A stretch of 56,081 bases of DNA, taken from assembly GCA_001662655.1 (NCBI GenBank), contig KV460244.1; one strand, 5' to 3'. Positions 1 through 12,195 of this stretch are shown here, piece after piece. The stretch comes from Pseudogymnoascus verrucosus. Lineage: Eukaryota. Under the pieces are notes generated by a model. That model worked only from the letters and a program-made list of their open reading frames with translations, did not search any database and was not told the DNA's origin. How positions within the stretch are numbered: the stretch's first letter is position 1; each line of letters opens with the position of its first letter. Made by a program: the position numbers and the translations under genes.

Positions 1-99
1 ACAATCATTACTATACCGACAACGTTCAGAACGCAAGGCATGATGCGATGAAGGGCAACATACAAAAGGCGATGCAAAGCGTTGTTGAGCATGACCAGA

Positions 100-3000
100 A
101 TGGGAAACTTCAAGCGCTGCATACACTGCCTCCTCCTGCTTGTTCGACCGAAACTTCGGCTCCTCCTGATTCAGCACTTTCTTCAACCCCTCGTATATTT
201 CTTCTTCCGAATACGTCGGCACTGTCGCCAGTTGCAGAACCCCAGTCCTTGCCGCTTCGGGCCGCGGTCGACTGGGGAGCACCATTGGCCCAAACCCGCT
301 TTCTGTCTCATTTCCAGCCCAGCTCGGGCTTGCTGGCGTCAAGAATCCGCCCTGAGATGGGCTGGTTAGCAGCGGTGTAAATATCAGTGGCACTGGTCTT
401 CCTAATAGCGACCTCGACCTCTTCGGATTAAGACTGGGCGCTGGCGTCCCATAAGACAATCCTCGTTCACGCTTACCTAATGGCGCTGGCTTCCTACTAT
501 CCAGATCCAACAGCTAATGCCACTGGGTTCCAATGGCTCCAAAGATCCGAATACTCTCATCACTCAAGTTTCGGATGATATCCCCACGGACCCCATACCG
601 CTCCGCAATCTCCTTCCCATGAGCAGCTGCAAGATCCACCGCACTCACCACGACGTCCATGTCTTCGTGCGGCATCTCTTCTGTTGTGGGAATTTCCCTC
701 ATGAACTCTGCTCTGATGTATTCACGGCCGATGTTAATCGCCACGTTCCGGTAATCCTGCGTTGTCAGCCGTATCCCCATTTGTGCAGCGGTCTCCTGCG
801 TCAAAATCTTAGTTTGTTACACAGTCGTCTACGATCCATTTTTGTCATGCTAGAGATGGTCACTTCGCGGGAGTCCATTCGTTTTCTAGTCGAGAGTTTC
901 TGAGAATGGTTGCACATACGCCAGATACACTGCGAATAGTTGCCCGACCCGCCACGGAAGAAATCGTAGTATCACCTTAGCTTCCCTGAACAATGCCAGT
1001 GACTTGTGATACCTCGTTGCATAACACATCCGTCTATTGATGATATAGATATTCCGTTCCTACAGAATCCCATTCTGAAACCTAATTGGGGTAATCTCCT
1101 CCCTACGGGCTAGCGGGCCTGGAGTCGTATAGCCTAGTGCCAGCCCTAGTTCCTTAAATCGCCTTTGCAGCTACTAATACCCACGGACTCTACTCATTCG
1201 CCATGTTTTTCTCTCCTAATCCCACAGTTGCTAGTCCTTAGGAGCCTTCAACATCTGATCTATCATCTACTGCGTCTTGTCCTTTATGCCATTAGCTTCG
1301 TTAGTCACCTATAAAGCACCACGTGCAGCCAGTGACAGATCGTCCTACATTAAATCCAGATCAATCTTAAACCGGTCCTTCTTCTGTCTAACCCACATTA
1401 GATCCTGCCACAGTATGTCCTCAGCCTCCTAGATCATGTCATGGATGGCATCCTTAAACCATCTAATTAGTAGCGGCTTTCCATGAAGTTCTAATATGTC
1501 GCCGTCTAGACGGTTCGTTTCCAACCGGCTCTAAGTAATGCTGGGCTGATTGATTTTTTGCATGCTCATTGTCTTTCTATAACCTAGCATCTTAATTAGA
1601 AAGCTGCACAGGCTATAGCTTCTGACTACAAGATATCCCCTGCGGAGTTCAAGAAACCGGTTAATGTCATCTCTAGTCTGCTCTCCTCTTGTGGCTGCTA
1701 GCAGCGCATGCTCTACAAACAAAACTCTAATGCAGTACATGAACCCCGTAAGCATGTATGAATACTCATCGCCACGTTGTAAGTAGTTCTCCTCCTCAAC
1801 TATCCCTAAAACAGCTGCAAAATGAATCATGGGACTATTAAACCTATCTAACCCTTTTAAGCTCTACAAGATCATAGACATCATTAGCGCGCTCATTTTC
1901 TGGACCTGGGTTTCATCGTCTTCTCCTGACACTAATGATTGCAGCATATCCTCTAGTAGCTGCCTCTACTCTAGGTTAAATTTGGTTAGTTCACAGTAAT
2001 CCTTCATCCTATCACTCTGTTCACTGTTAGCAGTCTCATGTGTCCCACCTCTTTCCCTAACTATGTCTAAAAGAAACTCTTCATTGTTGTCTACTAACTC
2101 TTCATCGCTCCTATCAACATCGCATTCCTGAGCCTCCCTCTCCTTCTGAGCCACATATACTCGCAATAAATAGTAAGCAAATCGTTTCAAATAAGCAATA
2201 TATCAGTCCAAACTATCCTCGTTCTGCAGCCGCACCATAGGTTGGTTTTCAACCTTCTCAGTCAAGTTAGCAGTTCGCAGCCAATACGGGGTGTCGTCAT
2301 TTAAGCTGCTTAGCCTATCCATAGCGCCCTTAACCATGGAATTGACGATTTCTCCAGCACGTTGGAGCTGCTTGTCCTTTCGGTTAGGCAACCTACTTGC
2401 ATGAGCGATACGTCTGATATTGCGACTGCCAAAGTGTGGCCGCCACTGCATAAAGTTCCACCAACCAGTATTGTCGCTCTTCTCGGTCTTAGAATCCGCA
2501 ATCTCAAGCCGCCCCTTGTCCTGCTTGTCTGTCGCTGCGAAATCCTGTAATAATTAGTCTTAGAGTAAAGCATCTTCGTTGTCCTCAATATCAGAATTAT
2601 TCTCCCGTTCCTCGCTAGCCACAATAAAATATTTCTAGAATCCTGTCCTAAAGAATGTCTGCACCTTAACTAGTTTCTAATGCGCTAGATCCTCTTTGGA
2701 ATAAAACCACCCATGAATTTTGCAATGCTTTTGGATTGCGTCCTTTGATACTACAATCGTATCACAGTCGTCGCACTAGAATCCTGTCATCAGTTCTCCT
2801 AGCGCTTTGAATAGTGGTCCTCCTAATTTAGGCAATGGAATATTTTTTGGGTTGTGTAATATAAATTCCCTGTACTTTTTAAGTAGTGGTCTTTGTCTTT
2901 CTATACCTAAATTATGTACCTTACGTAGATGATAGTCAAAACCTCAGATAGCTATATAATGCAGTTTACATAGAAAAACCCTGTACTCTGCATTATATTC

Positions 3001-3339
3001 AAATGTGTTGTCGTCTTAGACGTTGATGTTGTTGACCCTACTATCCCATTTAATGGTCGCTTATTGAGTAACCCTAAGTTAGCTGATATAACCCCAACTT
3101 CAACCCTAGACCCCCTCCAACTTACTTATATTTGTCTAATTAGACGTTTGGCAGCAAGATCTATGTTTGGTTGGTATTGTCTCTTAGCAGTTAAGCAAAA
3201 TCTGTCGTTGATTTAAAGTTAAGACACTTCACGCATGGCTGATTTGACTCCTGATCTGACTGCTACGCTAAACCTAATCTAATCGCGCTTACCGCATTCA
3301 GACGCCTATTTGAGTCAAATCGCCTTCCTCCTCATGTAG
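100..3339 (-). mobile_element. Family A copy A1: RIP-degraded DUF3505-like zinc finger / tyrosine-recombinase-like / RecQ helicase element, truncated at the start of the helicase
   Basis: Minus-strand reading with many stops: former start ATA at 3164; FEYNAEYRVFLCKLH..HLRKVH (DUF3505-like, ~3005-2915); QWRPHFG; YWLRT; MIHFAAVLGI; GPLARREEITPIRFQNG (~1120-1070); RYHKS (~1014-1000); RFLPWRVGQLFAVYLAYVQPF; QDYRNVAINIG; DLAAAHG..IAERYG (~637-592); then FRSNKQEEAVYAAL (~155-112), the RecQ Q-motif region. Upstream hairpin terminus ends ATGTAG at 3334-3339. Confidence 0.8.
3241..3339. repeat. Structured terminus of family A element (nested inverted repeats plus ATGTAG end)
   Basis: GATTTGACTC (3241-3250) and GAGTCAAATC (3312-3321) are a perfect inverted pair around an imperfect inner hairpin with a CTTAC loop. 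Homologous blocks lie at ~33515-33610, 54441-54522 and ~55070-55170. Confidence 0.75.
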
Positions 3340-3478
3340 AGCTTAGGACCAACCATCACGATGAAACACGTCTAATACCGTGAACACCGCCAAACCAAAT
3401 TTTCCAACTTTTTATGCCACTGTCTTCCTTTTCGACTGTTGTTTCCGTACTCCCAAAGGCCGCAGAATTTCGCTTACA

Positions 3479-4250
3479 ATGGCACAAACAGGCACTCATG
3501 CCAGCTTGAGCAGCATTTTTGAGTCTGCGATGCGACCTTACGACCCGCTGAGCAATTGTGTGTCCTCTGTCTAAGTTCTTCGCGGCGGCGTGTGATAGGG
3601 AATTTATGGCAAGTAGTGTAGCTCTATAAATGCAGTCGAGACTAACCGATGCTAGGAGTCCATTACTAAAGAGGTCTTTTAGAGGAAGATGACCCCGATA
3701 CGGTTAGACCATATGATAGAATACATATACACATCTGAGTGCTGTGATGGAAATCGATCGGGACAAGCTGCAGCTATTATACCTCCAGGGAGCGTCCTGG
3801 ATGATGTCGTTGGGGATGAAAAACTGTCTATTTCGAAGTCACAAGAAAGCATAGACCAGGATGATACAACAGCCTAAGTCGGCGGCGTCGGTCAATGGTT
3901 GCTTAATAACGTTCTTGTTTACGCTATTGCAGAGAGATACTTTCTGGAGGGATTGAAAGAAATGGCGAGAGTAAAGTTTCGAAGTCAGGCTGAAAACCAC
4001 TTGTCTGTGAAGGAGTTTCCTGAAATTATTCGGGAATTATATCGATCTACGCCGTCGCGACAGTGGGCTCCGCGATATTGTGTCTCATATTTGTGCACAA
4101 CAAGGAAGAACAGTTGTTGACCGTCCAGATTTGAATGCCAGTATCGTGGAAAAGGGGGAGTTTGGCCCTGACATACGGAGACGACAGAGTAGAGAAGACA
4201 ACCACGACGAATGCTGACAAGGGTAGTGAGTAATATCAAAGCAGACAAAA
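3479..4250 (+). pseudogene. BTB/POZ-domain protein pseudogene
   Basis: Fragments MIEYIYT, LLNNVLVYAIAERYFLEGLKEMARVKF and EFPEIIRELYRSTPS-DSGLRD match the C-terminal half of fungal BTB proteins; broken by stops and frameshifts. Confidence 0.7.
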
Positions 4251-5086
4251 CTTCTGAAACTAGGATGTTTTGGTGATGTTTGATTACTGGTCAATTTATT
4301 CTTCGCCAAAACCGTAATGTAGAAGATGGGAAATTATTGCTTGTAGTGATTGATAGTATTAACAATAAAATCGAACATAGCGCCGGATTTGTTGATCGAA
4401 GAAGTTACATCGAATTCGATTGAGGTCGTGCGGTGTGTTGACAGAACGTGTGGATTGAGGGGTGGAAAGATTATCGTTATCCTCGATGCCCTAAGGCCCA
4501 CCAGACAATGCGGATCAACCCCCTGGTATAGTTTATGACTACGGGAACTGAACGCTGGCCCTTCCTTGTACGAAGGTATATCGGATTATATTTGTTTGTT
4601 TCTCCAGAATCGCTATTTACGCTCTATCTACTATATATTCATCCGAGGAGCCATCTATGGGCTCATCTGGTGGCCGCCATCAAATTAGAATACCGATTAC
4701 TTTGCCCATGACATTACCATTTCTATCTCCTAGTGACGATCAAGGGGTTAGCAGGGATCATTGGGTGAGGGATGATTACGAACTTAGTCAATGGGTGGAT
4801 CCGATGATACCCCTCAATTTGTCGCTCCGCTTTGAATCGCTAGTGGTCCTTCCGTTTCGAAGTCGGCAACACAAGGATAATGAGGACACATATTGTGCTG
4901 ACAAGAATTACGTGTGTGCTGCTAGTTCGCTCTTTCTGAGTTCAAGGGTTTTGAGAAGAAATTTTCAAGTCCGATACAGAGTATCATTGCCGCCCGCTTA
5001 CAGCCTCCTCAAACCGCGAGATTGTTCGTCTCTCATTACGGCGTGAGCAGCGCCTAAGTGGACTGAGTTAACCATCAACCCACCTC

Positions 5087-8000
5087 CTACCCCAGTACCC
5101 TCTCTATCTCTTTCAAGCACAGAGCCGCCGCCACGTACCTAAAACTGACTAACTCCACGCCAGTCTTCGAATACGTTGTCTCTTCCAATGCCACATTCAA
5201 ACAAGCGATACTTTTTGCCAAGCTTTCCTCGCTCATCGCAGTACCATCTTTGACAATGCAGTTTACGATATAGGTAAGATCGTCATTGAAGCGCTCTTTC
5301 ATGCTGATGGAGAGCTCATGTTGTCGTTTGTTCTGAGCACCGAATTTGCCGAGTATATTGCCGACGAAGACCTCACGCTCGCTGATGGCGCGCGAGGGTT
5401 GCGAACTGTACTCGTAGGAGATGTTTGTGACGCAGTCTTCGTATCTAGATACTAGGTATTAGTAAGTAGTTCAATGGGTGTTTCATAATGAGGTGCGAGT
5501 GAAACTGGTGACCCATACTCATCGCGGATCCCTCGAGCCCGATCAAGGTGGTGTTTCCACGGTATTGCCTGACACCGATACTGAACGTAATTCCAAATGC
5601 CTTCAAGTACAGTGCTGACGGAGATTGTTTTTTTATCCACCTCGTTCAAATATGCCAGTAGCCCTTCTTTCTGCACGCTTCCAAAGACTTCACGCTCATC
5701 GATGGCACGGTATAGCTTCCCCAGGATTTTTTCACTCCTATAGTATTTATATCCTGCGACATCATCATCGTCTTGAAACAATTCAGGCTCAGGCGGAGCA
5801 TCGAATTCTAGTGGCTTGTTATTCTGTACAAGGACATGCGGACCTGGCGCCATGAAGTCTGGACGATACTTGTTGTAACGTGGCATCTTGACACTAACCT
5901 ATATAATTGTTCAGTGGCAATTGCTTCTATATTTGGAGTTAAAATCTTACCGGGATGCCACTTTTCGAAAAATCAACCGCTGTGGAGTGCATTTCAGCCA
6001 ACAACAAGCAATCAGGGTCTAAAACGCCATGTTCCTTTTGATCCGCAAGAACTTTATGTAGTACAGCAATTCGGCCTAGTTGATCAGTAGCCATGAACTG
6101 AACAAAGAAGTCCGTCATATCCTTTCGTTCAACGGGCCGATCTAACTCGATCGGAGTGGGTGAGTGATAGTCTGCTGGGGGAAATACCCATTCCGGTCGC
6201 GCGTTGGGGTCGAATATGATTTGGTAGAGATCTCTATCAAGATCTCCACCACTCAATTTGCTGGGCAGGTCTCGTTTACCCTTCTGGCTGAAACATATGC
6301 AATTGCAAAGGTTCATCAATGGAGAATTGTCGGGCACGGTCACGCCTGTCACTGTCTGAATGTCGCCCTTGTGAAGTGCTGGAGAACGGGTGATGATCAA
6401 TTTCTTTCTAGTGATAACTTTCGGTGTTCCGTTAACTTCGACGATACAAAAGATCTCGCCTTCCTCAAGGATTCCGGTTTCATCCATAATGCCATGTAGC
6501 GTGTAACCCCTCGGGACGGGGATTCTAGCTTTGTGTTTCAGTGCACGAAGCTCGATTAAAACAGTAATCTCGAGAATATCTCAAAGGAAACTGTCTGCTT
6601 TAAATGATAGATTTAAGCTATCTAGCTTTTTAATGAACCACGGGAGTTGTATTAAGTCGCCAACACTTTGCGTTCTGAGAAATATCGAGGCATTTACCGA
6701 ACTGGTTGTAACCATTCGAAGCCGTTCAACCTCTTTTGCTTGAAGGTCGAGGAAAAACTCATCCTTGACGCCCATGTCTTCGAGTATTTTGATACTCTGC
6801 TGGTTGAGATATAGTGGGAGTGGTTTGTACGCAGCACCGCATATCTCGATATCGGTTGAGTCAGACCCAGGGAACTTTATCATCGACTTACGCAAATAAA
6901 TGGAGTGGCCTTGAAGACGACTATCTAAAGCAATCATGCCTTTTGCGCCTACTTCAACGTCAGCACTAGCCAGTATTTAAAACGAAGACTTATTTTATTC
7001 TGTCTTTTGAAGCAATGAGCGGTAAATAAAATTGATGACGAGGAAAGGATGATGATTATACAGGTAGCTTACCGGAGTATCGGATCTGAAAGAGAGTTGT
7101 TTGCTTTTGTCTTGCTCTCGGTAGACTATCCCATATCTGCTCTATGACAGACATCGACACTGTTCCAACGCCATCACTAAATACACGCCCATTCCGTTCC
7201 ACGTCGTTCATGACCTTAGCAACTCCGGGTTCTAGAGTGACCGCCGTCGGAGTCTCTGAAAATGCTTGTCCTATTCTAGCAGCACATTTTGCTGGACATC
7301 GGATGTTCGAGAAATCACCCAGACCTGCAATGAGGTTTCGGTCAAGGAGAAGATGCCCATTATGGAAGAATGGGGCCATAAACCAGCAAGATTGTGCTCG
7401 AAGAGACGAATGGGAGAATCCCAGGAATGAAAATTGTCTCCCGGTTATTAGAATACCTTCATCCAACACCTTCTTAAATCTTTCGTAGAATATTGGATCA
7501 TTGGACGCCCCAGGATTGTATTGGACCTGTTCGCCACTTTCATCACAGAATTGAACGCGGAGGAAAAAATTGTGATGCTTGGGATACTTTCGAAGAACGC
7601 GGTTATTCTGTTCAGGGTCCGGGCCATACATATAGATCCCAGTAGGCGTAACACTGATCCTATGTATGATAGCTACATTGTCAGATTCCATTGGTTCATC
7701 AACATAGAGGCCTCCGCTCTTCAATTTCTTTTCGTTGTCCTTTAGTAACGATATTAACGTATCGACCTGAAATGTCATGGCATCGGTATCGGGACCGCGG
7801 AAGGGAATCTCGTTGAACAGACGACGAACTGCACGGGTACAAACACGGTGATCAGATCGCTTCCACAAGCATACTATCTCTGGTAACAATTCTAGGACTG
7901 TACTTGGTGACAGATAACTATTTTGTGCCAATTTTTGTACCTGGAAGGCGATCTCGAACGGAAGTGTGGAGTAGGAGGTTGCCAGTGTTTGGAGGAGCCT

Positions 8001-8921
8001 ATTAATCTCTGTTACATATCGGTCTTTCGATCTGCGCATGCTGACATGGCGCTGAACAGTTGGTGGTATCCCACGCGCGTAGCTCAGAGCTTTCATTTGC
8101 TCCGAAAGCGAATCACTGACAAGCCCAATCCTGTATACCAGACAGCTTCCCGAAATCTTCTCATGTTCACTGTCCAATCCAGGGACTCTCAGTCTACTTT
8201 GACCTTGAGTGGGTTTTGTAATCAAAGACTCCATCAATCTGACCAAGTGCTCCGTATTCATTGCAAGTGTTGTGCTCGTCGAATCGCCGCTATTGGCAGA
8301 TTTGAAGAAGTGTGGAGCCTCACTCAACGTGACAGTGATTGCAGGCTGCGGGAGGCCCTCGGTCGTGATTTGTTGCACTATTGAGTACAGTATATCAATG
8401 CGCTGATTGGTGTCCAAGGTTATAACAGCAACCTTTGAGCCGAACTTTACTTTTCCGTGTACTTTCAAATCCAGGTATGACGTGAAGACGAGGTCTGAAC
8501 CAATGTAATCCCAAATCCCACATGATACAGATGAGCACTCGAGAGTACTGTGGCCCTGGCCAGGTACTGAATGTGGTGTCTTCTTGGTCGTAGACCCTGA
8601 CTTCCTCGCGTTCGCATCCATCTCCAGACTCTTCAGGGCAAACGGTTCGGGCGGCTTGTTGCTCAGACTACAGAGAAGCAGAGCACCTTGGAATATAAGG
8701 GGAGAAGAGCCGCGGGTTTGACTGTTCCTTGTCTGTCCATGTTTGTTTAAGAATTTGTTCCCTTCTTCCTTTCTGAGGAAGGTTAATGTCGCAAAACGTT
8801 TCTGCTTCCACTTCTGGCAGTGCCAGCTTTCGATTGAAAGCCCACTCATGGTCGGTTGGAAGAAATTCGTCATTTGAGCCTCTGTTGCCCGCTCAGACGC
8901 ACCTCGAACAAACACCTCCAT
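5087..8921 (-). pseudogene. Cellular RNA-dependent RNA polymerase (RNAi RdRP, probably RRP-3-like clade), inactivated by a nonsense codon and a catalytic-motif substitution
   Basis: Exons ~8921-7073, 6948-5951, 5898-5519 and 5444-5087 with GT..AG introns. Motifs NRVLRKY, FLRVQFCDE, FLGFSHSSLR, AKCAARIGQAFS, FSDGVG, FQIRYSGAKGM, RSPALHKGD, HSTAVDFSKSG. In-frame TGA at 6581-6583; catalytic loop reads SGGDLDRD instead of DLDGD. Confidence 0.92.
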
Positions 8922-9399
8922 TGTAAGTGATTAGCTGTGATGAAGGTTTGAGCGATTTTGAACAAAGACTTATGAATAGCGAAACTTTCGGGAGAAGGCT
9001 GAGAGTTGGATGCAATGAGGTATTTAAATAATAAGCACGTATGCTGAATCAAGATTCTGGAGCTGCATCCAACTCAAGGCGCGTGTGGTGTAACCCTTGC
9101 GGTTGTGGCTGGCCTGATGGTGATATCTGATTGGTAACTTATCGCATTTATGCACTCCAACGATTTTCAGCGCATGGTTGTTGCTGTAGCTGCTCGCGGC
9201 ATCTAAATGCAAGGTGCGTTGGCCCAAACAGTCAACTGAATTGAATGGTTGGAGTAATTTCTCAGAATATTCGATTTTAAGACCAATAAAAAACATTGCC
9301 CATTTAATTGGGGGACCTTTGCTGCCTCTTTACTTCGACTACCCACTGTCCTTATTCAGAATCGCCAACTAATATGGGCGTATTGCGCACGTTTGAAGG

Positions 9400-9900
9400 A
9401 TGTCTCTACTGGATCGTCCAAATGAGTTGCTCCTGTCTATAGCAGGCAATTTGAGATGCGAAAGTGGCACCAATGCACTTGTTTGTACGAATCATCGGCT
9501 CTACTGTGTGCTCGGCGCGTACTTATACCAATATTACATCCAGACAAGCAACCATTCCGCACTCCCTTGGGATGCATATAATGGGCTCACCAATAGCTTT
9601 CTCAAATTCATCGAATTAGGAGCAAACGTCCAGGCAACTTTACATGATGGGAAGCGGGTAACGTCGCTCCACCTGGCCTCACAAAATGGGCATCTCTTAA
9701 TCGTGGAGGCGTTGATACAATGTGGAGCTGAAGTCAATGCGCAGACAACCCTATAATTACACCTCTTCACAGAGCTGTCCGAAGTGGACATGAGCACATT
9801 ACACGGATTTTCCTTGGAAATGGGGCAGACTTCATGAAACCCCTCCTAACACAGTCTCGGCCAACCATGCTTCACATCGCAAGTTACTCTGGACATACCG
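9400..9900 (+). pseudogene. Ankyrin-repeat protein with F-box-like N-terminus, degenerate
   Basis: MSLLDRPNELLLSIA N-terminus; TSLHLASQNGHLLIVEALIQCGAEVNAQT ankyrin repeat; further repeats (LHIASYSGH) after a stop and frameshifts. Confidence 0.75.
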
Positions 9901-10403
9901 ACCTCGCTCTTTGGCCCGTCCCTGCACTGCCCACCCCTCTTCTGTGGGTTCTTCCAATGGTGGACGTCCCGACAATGCTCTCGCATGTTCTGCTCCCGCC
10001 GGTGTACAAACTGACACTCCTCTCCATCCTTCTTGAATAGGCAACCTAATCCATCTGTTCTCGAGTTGGCTAATCCTGGAATCGCTGTTGTGGCAAATAA
10101 AAGCCAGCTCAGTTCAAGTTAGTTATACATAAAGATAACCAGTAAATAATGGCGCACTCGTTGTGTGCGCTACCTTCGTTCAACTGGGAGTCGCGATTTT
10201 GGTAGGTGCAAGCTCCCACGAGTAAAGTGCAGGGTCACGCATAACTCGAATAAAGCTCCGACCCCGCACCAAGCTGCCATGCATAACACGCCGTAGACCC
10301 ATCCACAACATTCCTCAAGGTTACAACTTCCAAGCCTCCACCTCCACGTTCAACTTTCTACTATAAAGCAACCTACCCAACCCACACCCTGAACCATCTC
10401 ACG

Positions 10404-10905
10404 ATGTATTGCCAAAAATGCCGTGCTCCCCTCAAGCTCGACAGCTCCCTCGAGAGCCTCAACCCTGCCGCTTCAACGTTCTCGTCGGTTCGCCCTCATC
10501 CCTCCCCTCACTACCACGCACATTACTAACACCCGCCAGGCTCAACCCCCTCCGGCCCCCCCATATCCCTCCCGAGCGCAAACCCTCTACGAAACCGCCT
10601 CCCGCACCACCTCCCCAGCAACCTACAAACGCACCACAGGCGCCCCCGACCCCCGAAACCCCGCAATGTCCTTCGTGCTGGTCTCCTCCTCCAAAGCCGC
10701 CCCCCCTGCACTTTTCCCGCACACTCGCCCTTCCTCTTCCTCGCCCTCCACCCCGACACCTCCCACGAAACCGAGCGCATAAACCGGCTCTTCGCCCTCC
10801 TCTCCGCGCGCTCCGATATCAACCACCCAGTCTGCACCGAATGCACAACCCTGCTGTTCTCCTCCCTCTCCTCGCGCCTCTCCGCGTCCCTCTGCGACGC
10901 GTTTG
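10404..10905 (+). pseudogene. atg6: 5' fragment of Atg6/Vps30 (Beclin-1) gene
   Basis: MYCQKCRAPLKLDSSLESLNPAA from the ATG at 10404; intron remnant ending TACTAAC..CCAG at ~10539; then RNPAMSFVLV and RINRLFALLSARSDINHPVCTECT. All match the fungal Atg6 N-terminal region. Frameshifted and truncated before the coiled-coil and BARA domains. Confidence 0.85.
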
Positions 10906-11159
10906 CCAGGCAGTTATCCGAAAGGGGAAAATAGAATGGTTTGGGTGCCGGAACACTAGTTGTGGCATGGCATATCCCGATTGAGATAGCGCTAGAGAAA
11001 CACGGCTAAAAGGCAGGAGATACGGCTAGCGTGTGGTGCCCAGGCGCCGGGAGATTTCCTGAAATGGTTTAGTGCTGCCTAAGGGGGAGATTGGGTGGGG
11101 AGCATGGATAAATAGGCGTAGGGCGGTACCATCAAACTCCCCAACTGCATTGATGACTC

Positions 11160-11270
11160 TTCCACCCTCAAGTAGCAGCTTCACAATCGACTCATGGCCC
11201 TAAGAGCCGCTTGCCTGCATTGCGGTGCGGAGCAAGGCCCTCCACGAGCATTAATGTCTGCGCCGTCCCC
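11160..11270 (-). pseudogene. Ankyrin-repeat remnant
   Basis: Minus-strand pieces GADINARGG and GHESIVKLLLEGG in different frames. Confidence 0.55.
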
Positions 11271-12195
11271 ACACTCGACTGACATTCTGGCTCCTTTCAC
11301 CTACTTACTCGGCTGACCAAATGCACACTATAGAAATATCACTAGTTTCATGTCACAGTATCCACCTGTGGCTTGTCCAACTGGAGTAGGTTTAGCATTC
11401 ATCTGTACATACATATATCTATTCTTTTTTTCGGCGAAAAACTAGCTACTTTTGTGCCTACTGGCTTTCGGACGACAGCCTTTCGTCGGCTAACCCTGAC
11501 CGTGAAGCAGCCCTTCAGAATAGGCCCTTGGTAACTGGGGAGGGAGGTTGGGCCGAGAGAACCCGTTGGTAAATCCAGCAATGAGGCACGTTATTAGTGT
11601 TTTCGTGTTGACATGGCAGCGTGAAGGTTGCATTTGGGTGTCAGGGAGAGCTTATGGATAACATTAAAGGTGGGGGTTTGGTGTAGAAGGGAACATAGCG
11701 TAGTTGAGCCCACCCCGGTGAAACTCGACGACGGCCACCCCCGGAGGGTAGGGTTCACGGAATAGGGGAGGAGGCATAGCAGGATAAGAGTTATAGAAGG
11801 AAGGGGTAAGCACATTACAGGGCTTGTAAATATGTCTGCAGGATACGCTCTTCCCATAATGGAGTATCACGATACTGTCGGCTTTCTATTATGAGCGGAA
11901 GTCCAATGCTCTCCCATTTTCCGGCTCCTGCATCTCGTCTAGTGTTTCCGCAGGGTGCTCGCATTCCGGCCGCTGTTGAGGCGATGGCTTGCCGTAGCAC
12001 AAGCAGCTGCGCCATAATGACCAGAGCCGAGAGATGGGTTCTATAACACGCCGCCTCGCGGAAGCCATTCTTTACGTCAATGCCCCAAATTGCAAGGAAG
12101 CCAAGTGCCTAGTGCTGCTCCTCCACGAATTCCCGAATCGATAAAGGCCAGCGTGGTATCAGCCCGGCCGCCTAGACAGCGGGGCTTCAATCCCA

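Noticed and set aside
3069..3112. Telomeric repeats (TAACCCTAA, AACCCTAG)
   Set aside because: Isolated hexamers inside RIP-mutated coding sequence, not a tandem TTAGGG array.
3241..3339. Helitron 3' end (hairpin plus terminal TAG)
   Set aside because: No HUH Rep motifs or Pif1 helicase; the helicase start is RecQ-like and the hairpin end lies upstream of the gene.
10409..10984. 191-aa proline-rich ORF
   Set aside because: Off-frame read-through of the Atg6 fragment and its intron.
9400..11270. NLR (NACHT/NB-ARC plus ankyrin) gene
   Set aside because: Only ankyrin remnants are visible; no P-loop NTPase domain.
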